Counted from the first letter of the stretch, positions 1-7,958 are shown. The stretch: DNA of 9,736 nucleotides from Vitrella brassicaformis CCMP3155 (GCA_001179505.1 CDMY01000937.1:1-9736); one strand, 5' to 3'. Numbers and translations are program-made. Notes: generated from the letters alone by a model not told the origin.

Positions 1-1
1 C

Positions 2-280
2 CAGATGGCCTGCGTCCTCCTCAGGCTGCTCGACTAACTCTGAATCATCACCTGCCCCGACGTCCTCCTCAGCATCAAAAAATGGATCCAGTTCATCGTC
101 CACTTCGACGCCTCTAACATTTCGCAGAGGCAAAGGGTGTGTGGGAAGGGGGGCACCTTTGGATGATGCTGGGGTGGGAAAGGGGTTGTCCACCTCTTCG
201 TCAGAAGAGAAACGGTCAAACGGGGGAATTCCACCAGAGGCCAGGCTGGTGGGACTACGGCTCTCTGCTCTTCTTCCTCC
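2..280 (-). CDS. Partial acidic ORF overlapping the end of ORF1 in the -1 frame; open to the window edge, no ATG
   Basis: After TGA at 281-283 the frame reads GGRRAESRSPTSLASGGIPPFDRFSSDEEVDNPFPTPASSKGAPLPTHPLPLRNVRGVEVDDELDPFFDAEEDVGAGDDSELVEQPEEDAGHL with no stop. Its composition resembles the upstream acidic part of ORF1 better than ORF1's own tail does. Confidence 0.5.
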
Positions 281-1695
281 TCAATCCCGTCTTCCTCCTC
301 CCATTGCAGGCCCCGTCCTGGTTGAGGCGGAGTTGGTGATAGCTGCATTGGGACGGGGGCCAGTGGAGATATGTGGCGCCGTCGGAGACCTCGAGACCTT
401 TCTCCAAACCCAGCAAGGGAGAATTTGTCATCTGGAATGCCGCGGATGTAGGGGGAGAAGCGAGCCCGCCTCTCTAATATATATCCAGCCAGGCCCAGCT
501 CATCAAGGTCTTCATATGTGTGGTCGGCCTCGAGAGCCCCCAGGACCTCGTGAATAGCCAACGCTCGGCCAAATGGTCCCGTCCGCTGAGTAAGCGAGTG
601 CCTCTGCCTGACGAGCTCCCAGAAATGTTCGATAGGCATGTCGAGGTTTGGTGTCTGATCAGGGATGTCCTCGATGACCAAGCTCAAGTGCTCGCGGGCC
701 AGCCTTAGGAGGTTGCCCATTCGGTAGCCCTCCCTCCTCAGCCGGTCCCATCCACGCTCCATAGCCTTTTTCAGAGTCTCGTCCTTGACCCTCATGGCGA
801 CAAATCGCTCTTTCAGAGCATCGGCAAGGTCTCGGGGAATCGCATGCTCGCCAACCTTCAGACCAGCCTCTGCATCCTGTGGGGACTCATGTCTCCGTNN
901 NNNNNNNNNNNNNNNNNNNNNNNNNNNNNNNNNNNNNNNNNNNNNNNNNNNNNNNNNNNNNNNNNNNNNNNNNNNNNNNNNNNNNNNNNNNNNNNNNNNN
1001 NNNNNNNNNNNNNNNNNNNNNNNNNNNNNNNNNNNNNNNNNNNNNNNNNNNNNNNNNNNNNNNNNNNNNNNNNNNNNNNNNNNNNNNNNNNNNNNNNNNN
1101 NNNNNNNNNNNNNNNNNNNNNNNNNNNNNNNNNNNNNNNNNNNNNNNNNNNNNNNNNNNNNNNNNNNNNNNNNNNNNNNNNNNNNNNNNNNNNNNNNNGC
1201 ATCCTGTGGGGACTCATGTCTCCGTTTTCCCCGACCAATTGGCACAGCAGCAGCAGCAGCGGCAGCTGCGGCAGGCATTGGGTGGTCTGGCTCAGGCTGG
1301 GGCTGAGGCGGGGCATCACGCATTTGGTCGTCTGTGTCGGGCTGAATGTTGGGCAGGGGAGGGAGGTATGGGGGAGGCATCGGTATGTTTTCGGGAATCA
1401 CTGGTGGCGGAGGGGCATTCGGGTGGAGGAGCGGTCCGTGTTCGCCCGGCGAAGGGACGATTGGTGGCAGTATTGCACGGCCGCCCGCTTGCAATGCAGG
1501 AGGCGGTGGAGGGGGGGCAGGTGCTGCTGCTGCTGCAGCTGCTGCAGGTGGAGAACCTCTCGCCCTTCCTGCAGCCTGACGATTCCTCGGACCTCTCACC
1601 CGCAGTAAGGGCTCGCCTCGACGATTTAAACCGTCCAGACGTGGCGGGAGTCCAAGCTCACTTCGCCAGTCTTCAGCCTGTTCCCGCCTGTTCAT
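34..1695 (-). CDS. Intronless Pro/Ala-rich protein with a central helical region; possible gag-like ORF1 of a retroelement (about 444 aa if gap 1 is collapsed)
   Basis: Long ORF from ATG 1695 with two poly-Ala/Pro tracts, then a globular-looking segment (DLADALKERFVAMRVKDETLKKAMERGWDRLRREGY...HFWELVRQRH...YILERRARFSPY). It has no microsatellite introns, unlike the host genes in this window. The frame is preserved when the duplicated gap flanks are merged. The gag call is inference; no Zn knuckle or RT is seen. Confidence 0.6.
   Translation of the reverse strand: MNRREQAEDWRSELGLPPRLDGLNRRGEPLLRVRGPRNRQAAGRARGSPPAAAAAAAAPAPPPPPPALQAGGRAILPPIVPSPGEHGPLLHPNAPPPPVIPENIPMPPPYLPPLPNIQPDTDDQMRDAPPQPQPEPDHPMPAAAAAAAAAVPIGRGKRRHESPQDXXXXXXXXXXXXXXXXXXXXXXXXXXXXXXXXXXXXXXXXXXXXXXXXXXXXXXXXXXXXXXXXXXXXXXXXXXXXXXXXXXXXXXXXXXXXXXXXXXXXXRRHESPQDAEAGLKVGEHAIPRDLADALKERFVAMRVKDETLKKAMERGWDRLRREGYRMGNLLRLAREHLSLVIEDIPDQTPNLDMPIEHFWELVRQRHSLTQRTGPFGRALAIHEVLGALEADHTYEDLDELGLAGYILERRARFSPYIRGIPDDKFSLAGFGERSRGLRRRHISPLAPVPMQLSPTPPQPGRGLQWEEEDGIEEEEEQRAVVPPAWPLVEFPRLTVSLLTKRWTTPFPPQHHPKVPPFPHTLCLCEMLEASKWTMNWIHFLMLRRTSGQVMIQS
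899..1198. other. Scaffold gap (300 N), probably a false gap
   Basis: An identical 27-mer, GCATCCTGTGGGGACTCATGTCTCCGT, lies at 872-898 and 1199-1225 on either side of the N run. Confidence 0.85.
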
Positions 1696-1710
1696 ATCAA
1701 ACCTGAGTTA

Positions 1711-2030
1711 TCTGTCAAATCACAACAGAGAGAGCAGCAGAGCCGATATCGGTATTGGTGATACAAAATTGAGTGAAGGGCATCTCGCCAACCAGAGTGA
1801 GTGAGCTGATGATGATGGCGGTGGATTGATAGCCCTTTGAGTGACGGTTCAGATGCACCGGGTGCGGTCCGTGTCTGTCAAGTCACTGCAGAGAAAGCAG
1901 TGGGTCAGATAGGTATTGGTGATACGCGAATTGAGTGAGGGATATCTCGCCAACCAGAGTGAGTGAGTTGATGATTGGACTGGATTGATTGCCCTTTGAG
2001 TGACGGTTCGGATGCGCCTAGTGCGGTCCG
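1711..2030. repeat. Tandem imperfect duplication, unit about 160 bp (1711-1871 and 1874-2030)
   Basis: Shared blocks occur twice at 159-163 bp spacing: TCTGTCAA (1711/1874), GGTATTGGTGATAC (1751/1912), ATCTCGCCAACCAGAGTGAGTGAG, GCCCTTTGAGTGACGGTTC and GTGCGGTCCG (1862/2021). Confidence 0.92.
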
Positions 2031-2737
2031 GCGCGGTGCTTTGGTTGCTGAGAACGGAGTGCTGTCAGAAGGGTGCCAATTGTGAAAGAACGTGACCGAG
2101 CGAGGAGCTGCTGCTTTGTGTGTGAGAGGCTCTCACCAGGCCGGTTCACATTGGTGTCACACAATCTGGGTGGGCTGCTTCTCTGCAATTTCATTATATG
2201 GGGGTCACATGCGAAATGGGGCCTGCATGTCGAGATTCTCGACGTTTGCGAGTGGACCCCCGGTGTGTATACCCGATTGAATCACACCATCTGCGCGGTT
2301 ATTTTTTACTTCTGTCGGAAAGGATCTGAGCTACCCCCTAACCACCGATACGGGGGCAGCCAGTCGCGAGTAGCGGTCACAGCGCTTGTCGAGGGACTCA
2401 TCAAAAAGACCAACCGCCGCCGATCAGACCAGGGAACCGCACGTCGCATAGCGAAACACAGAGCTGTCAACAAGCATAGAAGCGCAAATCGATCACGAGC
2501 CACATCACAGGGGACGCGGAAAAGGGGAGCGAATAAAAGCACCAGCATCGTGTTCCCATTACCTACCGCAACGATGTACGATGAAACGGAGTGTTAAGAA
2601 ACTACTCCGTTCACACGTAGGCGCCCATGCCATCACGTGATGTCTCCGAAGCGGCCTGATCGGGTCCCGGCGAACCAGTAACGATAAAGCGCCAAGCAAA
2701 GCGCCGGCAGCACGAGACATCGAAGACATAGACGGAA

Positions 2738-2788
2738 AGACAGACAGACAGACAGACAGACAGAGAGACAGACAGACAGACGGACAGA
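2738..2788. repeat. (GACA)n microsatellite
   Basis: Direct reading of the sequence. Confidence 0.9.
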
Positions 2789-3175
2789 GAATGATTCTGA
2801 GGCATACGGTGACTCAGCTCTCCTCCCTCGCTTCGTCACCGTGATGCAGCCTTCGCCTGCACTGTACCGGTTTACTGTTGGCATTTGGGAGCGCGCACGT
2901 CGCGCTGTCGGGCTCGAGACCGGATGGCTCTCTCCCATTTGACTCGGTACAGGCAGGCTCAGATCAGGACAGGCAGGACAGGCAGGATCAGCAGCGACGG
3001 GATGTCCGGGCTCGACGAGCGAGCCCGGACCCATGGGTAGCGGAGTCGAGAGTATTGCTTTGTTTTTTCCCAGGTCCGTGAAACCGAGTGCTGTCCAATC
3101 TCGGCGTCCGTGACGCCATATATGCACGACGTGGTGCGGCGAAAAGCTGGTGCTTCGGCCGACGAGCGGGCCCTC

Positions 3176-3348
3176 CACTCAGAAAGCTGGCCAGACACTC
3201 AGAAAGCCAGCCAGCGCCACGGAAAGCCAGCAGGCAGAAGGCCAGCTTTCCAAGCGGAAATCCAGCTTTCCAAGCGGAGATCCAGCTTTCCAAGCGGAAA
3301 TCCAGCTTAAAGCTGAATGGAAAGCCAGCTTTCCAGGCGGAAAGCTGA
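3176..3348. repeat. 20-bp-period minisatellite with palindromic GGAAAGC/GCTTTCC cores
   Basis: RGAAAGCYRG at 3181, 3201 and 3221; then CCAGCTTTCCAAGCGGARAT x3 (3242-3301); then CAGCTTAAAGCTG, GGAAAGC-CA-GCTTTCC (3319-3334) and GGAAAGCTG. Confidence 0.9.
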
Positions 3349-3887
3349 CCCGAAAACGGCAGTTTCGGACAAGCAGAAGGACCGGAGGAGCTCCCTCGTT
3401 CATTGAAGCCGGCCTTTCTTTGTTTTTTTACCGCAAAGAAATACGACGGTCACCGTGGTGACGAAGGACGATGACAGCACCATTGCAAAAAGTCCCATAC
3501 TCGGAAAGACGGGACGCCCACAGGCCCCCAGGGTTGTCTCAGCGACTATTGATTCATGCACGAGAAGGTCTTTTTTGTCTGCTGACATTGCACTGTACAA
3601 GAAACGGACTCAGTCTCTCTCACCCGAGTCGCCTCATGCACCGCACCCGGACGGCCAGGATGGGATGGATGCCACCCCTCGCAACAATACCAGAATGAAT
3701 GCCCCTCCCTCCCTGCTACGGTAGGAACGCCTCTAATCCGTAGAGGCCTCACACACACCTACAGGCACGTCCACGCACAGCACATGGTGTGGATGTGAGT
3801 GTGAGTGTGAATCCCTCCCCTCCCCTTCTCTCCCCAAGCATCCCCCTTCACATACATACACCCATGGTACATCGGCACACAACATGC

Positions 3888-4187
3888 NNNNNNNNNNNNN
3901 NNNNNNNNNNNNNNNNNNNNNNNNNNNNNNNNNNNNNNNNNNNNNNNNNNNNNNNNNNNNNNNNNNNNNNNNNNNNNNNNNNNNNNNNNNNNNNNNNNNN
4001 NNNNNNNNNNNNNNNNNNNNNNNNNNNNNNNNNNNNNNNNNNNNNNNNNNNNNNNNNNNNNNNNNNNNNNNNNNNNNNNNNNNNNNNNNNNNNNNNNNNN
4101 NNNNNNNNNNNNNNNNNNNNNNNNNNNNNNNNNNNNNNNNNNNNNNNNNNNNNNNNNNNNNNNNNNNNNNNNNNNNNNNNNNNNNNN
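3888..4187. other. Scaffold gap (300 N)
   Basis: N run. Unlike gap 1, the flanks show no overlap. Confidence 0.95.
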
Positions 4188-4432
4188 GCCAACAGCCTCC
4201 CAGATGCAGCCCAAAATGATTGATGTGCCTCCCTCCCGTGCTACGCCTTGCATCAGCCACGTGACACTACTCGCCTCGGGCCACACACAAGCAGTTTCCC
4301 GTCTCTGTGGCAAGGTCTAGCAAAAGAGGGGACGCACCAGCTGCTTCACACGCGTGAATTGAATGACACGCCCCATCAAACAAGGCACATCAACCCACAT
4401 CACCAGGCGCCTGCCTGCCTGCCTGCCTGCAG

Positions 4433-4515
4433 ACCGTCTGTCTACCCGGCTGGTGTGTCAGGAATGGCCAGATCGGTCGTCATTCAAAACCAACATGAAT
4501 GGCAAAAAAAGAGGG
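4433..4515 (+). other. Candidate isolated exon of an unresolved plus-strand gene
   Basis: Preceded by (CTGC)n-AG and followed by GTAAGG plus (GGGA)n. It reads either RLSTRLVCQEWPDRSSFKTNMNGKKRG or TVCLPGWCVRNGQIGRHSKPT*. Neighbouring exons are not established. Confidence 0.3.
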
Positions 4516-4695
4516 GTAAGGATGGCTGGGAGGGATGGAGGGAGGGAGGGAGGGAGGGAGGAAGGGCAAAAGGGGGCTGGCTGGGCCACACTAAAAGGCT
4601 GAGTGAGAGACGGGCATGCATCGCATCGATCGCATCGATGGAATGAAAATCGGGCGGTGAGTGAGTGAAGGATGGATGGATGGATGGACAATGGA

Positions 4696-6138
4696 TCACC
4701 ACTCGTCGTCTTCTTCCTCATCCCCCTTCCCTGGCCGCCTGCACACACACACACACACACACACACACGAACGAACATGTAGACACATGCATCCGCCTTG
4801 CGTGCATTTATCACCGCCCGTCCGTCCATCCATTGAGTGCCTACTTGTCTGTGTCAGTTTGTTGCCGCCTGCCCTGTGTGTACGCCTGGTACTGCGGGCG
4901 TCTGTATCCCTGTTGCCTCAGGTACTCCTCTGCCTCAGGATCGATCCCCTCCCGAATCCAGCTCTCCTTGGCGTCCTCATACTCGTCCAACGCACGACGA
5001 ATGCGCGCTCGCTCACGGCGTCGCGCACTGAACGAACGAAGTGAATGGTTGTCAGCCGACTATGTGATGCAGTCGTCGCTATGGTGTGGTCGGTCGCCGC
5101 GTACCTGGCGGCCTGTTGCCAGAGGCCGAGTACGAGCACCCCCACAGCGCCTGTCGTGAGCCACAGGCCAGTCGCCTTGTCGCCCGCACTCACCACCTCC
5201 TCCACCACATCGTCGGCCACATCGGACGATTGCCTGACACACACACATCCACCCCCAGACATCCACCAACAGTCATCCATGCCATGCCATGTGTGTCGCT
5301 CGCTAGTCAGTACGCCGGCCGACCTGACCTGCGTCGCAGGAATGCGATCATTGAGAGGAGTTTCCGCGCTGACGGGGTGTGGGGGGCGATGGTGGCCAGA
5401 CCTGCCGGTCCGGCAGCTGGCGATGTGGCTGTCGTGGGAGGCAGTGGGATGGATGTGAGGTGCATGTTGAGCCACCGATAGACAAACACCGTCAGCCCGA
5501 TGATCAACAGATGCTTCAGACATATCTGCAGGAAGGCCTGCACACACACACACACACACACGCACGAACAGATACATACACATTCCCCTATGGGGTATGT
5601 CGGCATGCGCCTCCTCTGTCTGTCAGCGCACCGCATCCGTGATTGGCATGTGGTGCAGTCTTGTCCACTGCCCCTTGGCAGCATGGAACGTCCTCATCAG
5701 CTGACCAGACACTGCCGAACAGAACTGCCTCACCAACACAGGATACCAACACGCACCCGCACCTCCTGCACCGACATCGGCCGCCAGCGCCGTCACATTG
5801 CCCTTCGACGATGCCGAGGCGGCCTCAAGGGCAGCAACAGCCTCCCTCCGTTGATAGACCTCAGCATAGCTCGAGGGGTAGAACCGCTCAGCAGACGATG
5901 TCACAGGGGCCACGGGCGGCTGCCGAGTGTCTGCGTGTGTCTGCGGTGGCGGCACGGCCACGGATGCGCCGAGGGTCGGTGCGAGGCGAGCACTGGCTGA
6001 TGACGGCCTGATGTGGTGACGCGAAAGGCGGACAGAGGGAACGGTGCTGTGGAAGGTGAAGGCGGCAGCGAGGTGAGCAACAGCAGCCACATATACAAGA
6101 ACCGCCAAGCGGGCGACAAGCAGGGAGGGCGACGACAT
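4696..6138 (-). CDS. Plastid-targeted hypothetical membrane protein, about 339 aa; exons 6138-5763, 5711-5632, 5537-5329, 5233-5105, 5027-4845, 4738-4696
   Basis: All introns are GT-AG with matching phases (1,0,2,2,2); the 51-nt first intron is in frame and uncertain. The N-terminus MSSPSLLVARLAVLVYVAAVAHLAAA-FTFHSTVPSVRLSRHH looks like a signal plus transit peptide. Two hydrophobic segments (ICLKHLLIIGLTVFVYRWL; GLWLTTGAVGVLVLGLW) are followed by a charged helix (ARRRERARIRRALDEYEDAKESW) and an acidic end (GDEEEDDEW*). Confidence 0.85.
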
Positions 6139-6418
6139 GATAGATGAGCAGCACACAAACGTGCAGGGCTGACTCCGGAACTTCGGCATGGATCACATAA
6201 CCAATGACGCCCGGCGCACTCTCTCGACGAAGCTGACCCCTTCAAACACTTGCAGATCCTCGCAACTAAGCTCGCAGTTGAAGACAATCCAGGAGCGCAT
6301 CAAGCATCCATCTGTCCATCCATCTGCAAGAGCTGCCACAACCCGTGTTTGGATCTCTCATCACTTTGAGTGCAAGCCTTACGCAGCTGGTGTTGGTTCC
6401 ATTAGAGCTACCGAGAGC
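6139..6418. promoter_or_regulatory. Short divergent intergenic region; probable bidirectional promoter and 5' UTRs
   Basis: 280 bp separate the ATG at 6138 (-) from the ATG at 6419 (+). No specific element is confidently identified. Confidence 0.55.
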
Positions 6419-7811
6419 ATGCCTTCCTCTCCCGCCCATCGACCATCGCCATTTCGGCTCTTTCTCACCCTCGCGGTGGTCTGTCTATGCCAGATCTGCT
6501 CGTCAGTGGTGCTGGCGTTCAGGCCAGCGCTGCACTCGGTGAATGGCCTGTCGAGGAGCGGCGCTGTGCTGGGAAGGGAGAAGAGGCAAAGGCAACATCC
6601 TGTGCTGCTGCATGGGAGGAATGGTGTGGTGTTGATGAGCTTCTCCACTGGTGGGTGGGTCACACGGAGGAATGATTGATTCACCATCCACGTGTGTGTG
6701 AGTGCGTGCAGAGACTGAGAAGGATGTGACTCCTGAAGAGGCAGCTGAGGTGGGCGGGGCGGGCAGGCAGGCAGACAGGCAGACAGGCAGACAGGCAGGG
6801 ACATGTGGGATGGATGGTTGGCATGTGTTACCAAGGTGCCATCCATCCATTCATCCCTCCCCTGCGTGACAATGTGTGTGTGTGTGTGTGTGCTTGGTGT
6901 GTGTGCAGTTTCAGCGAAAGGTGTCTTGGGAGAATCCCATCGACCCGCCGGTCAAGCAGGAGATCAAGCAGCAGGTCCAGGGCAAACTCAGGCAACTCAA
7001 AGAATCGGGTAAGTACATAGGCAGCAGATAAAGTGGATTGGGGCGCGTGTGCGTGTTTGAGTACATCATCCTTATTAATTCTTGTGTGTGTGTATCCATC
7101 GTCCATCCACGTGGACTGACAGGTCTGTACGATCAGCTTTACAACCAGACGGCGGTGGACCAGATGAATGTCTACAAGGGGCCGTACGACAGCGACAACA
7201 TACTCAAGAACCTCTACACCGAAGTCACGGAGAGGATAGAATGGCCATGTCAGTACGCCACGCCCTGGCCAGTGGGACGGACGGGGCACTCACTGTGCTT
7301 CGGCCGGCTGACTCCGTGTGTGTGTGTGTGTGTGGGTCATGGGGTCCATGTGTCTGTGTGTGTGCAGCATTTGGCCGTCAGGCGGAGCTGCTGATCAAGT
7401 TCTTCATCTTCTGCTTTGTCGTCATCCTTTTCTCACTTGCCACCGTAGGCATCGCATCGCATCGCATCGCATCGCATCGCATCGCATACCTACACACACA
7501 CAGAGAGAGGGATGGGTGCCTGCATCCGGTGCATCCATGTATGTATCCCTCTCCCCCTCTATCGCTGCGTGCCGTGCCTGCAGGAGCTCCTGGCTCAGTA
7601 CTTTCTCAAGGCGGTGGGCGACTTTCCCGACGTCGACCCCTGGACCTGGCTCATCAAGTCAGTCAGTCACCACACTCTCACTATCTCTCACACACACACA
7701 CACGAACAGACTTACTTCGTCGCACGCGTCCACGTCGATCGCACACGGACGGATGGATGGATGGATGGTGCAACAACTCTGTCTGCCCGCACATCGATCG
7801 CTCTCTGCCCC

Positions 7812-7845
<34 letters not shown>

Positions 7846-7958
7846 GTACCATCCGCTCATTCAGAGGCCCCACATGGCGGTCAGGAGGCAATCCGCTGGG
7901 ACGGTACGCAATGCATGTCTCTCTCTGTTCGGGCATACTTGTTGACGTCAGACACTAG
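6419..7958 (+). CDS. secE: Nucleus-encoded, plastid-targeted SecE-like preprotein translocase subunit, about 230 aa; exons 6419-6650, 6712-6749, 6909-7008, 7123-7248, 7368-7444, 7584-7657, 7865-7903, 7952-7958 (3' end uncertain)
   Basis: GT-AG introns with matching phases. The leader is FRLFLTLAVVCLCQICSSVVLA-FRPALHS.... The spliced core ILKNLYTEVTERIEWPSFGRQAELLIKFFIFCFVVILFSLATELLAQYFLK fits the SecE pattern of amphipathic helix, WP hinge and single TM, and resembles my recollection of plant SECE1 (EEVKEIEWPAF). Gene structure confidence is about 0.85; the SecE identity about 0.65. Confidence 0.65.
7448..7487. repeat. (GCATC)n microsatellite inside an intron
   Basis: Direct reading; it starts within the first few bases of the intron whose GT donor is at 7445. 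Confidence 0.9.
7813..7845. repeat. (TCTG)n microsatellite inside an intron
   Basis: Direct reading of the sequence. Confidence 0.9.

Larger units (their letters stand above)
1..2612 (-). mobile_element. Possible retroelement-derived block (leader repeats, ORF1 and overlapping ORF2)
   Basis: Intronless overlapping ORFs, a tandemly repeated leader, and absence of the intronic microsatellites typical of the rest of the window. No diagnostic enzyme domain, LTR pair or TSD is visible, and the right boundary is a guess. Confidence 0.3.

Noticed and set aside
785-1706. Additional ORFs spanning the N runs (also 3733-4313)
   Set aside because: Their length is inflated by X codons, and several are antisense shadows of ORF1.
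2060-2160. tRNA-Leu primer-binding-site-like strings (TGCTGTCAGAAG at 2060, TGGTGTCA at 2152)
   Set aside because: The matches are short or imperfect and on the opposite strand to ORF1, and no adjacent LTR end is identifiable.
2073-2597. 174-aa plus-strand ORF
   Set aside because: It starts at GTG, has an atypical composition, no recognisable motif and no codon bias; probably a chance ORF.
2611-3178. Several ORFs and possible exons around the (GACA)n tract
   Set aside because: No phase-consistent exon chain could be built, and the ORFs run through microsatellite sequence.
3176-3348. CRISPR array interpretation of the 20-bp repeats
   Set aside because: The units are contiguous with no unique spacers, no cas genes are present, and the context is eukaryotic.
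3400-3724. Minus-strand TM-like terminal exon (…LFAMVLSSSFVTTVTVVFLCGKKTKK…) versus plus ORF 3455-3724
   Set aside because: Both readings are plausible and mutually in register, and the upstream exons would fall in or near gap 2; neither can be supported.
6139-6418. In-frame upstream extensions of both genes (ATG 6189 minus, ATG 6188 plus)
   Set aside because: They would bury the signal peptides internally and make the two CDS starts overlap; the downstream ATGs give clean bipartite leaders.
7710-7727. Possible micro-exon after ACGAACAG in the SecE-like gene
   Set aside because: The donors are weak and it is not needed for phase; 7657 splices in frame to 7865.
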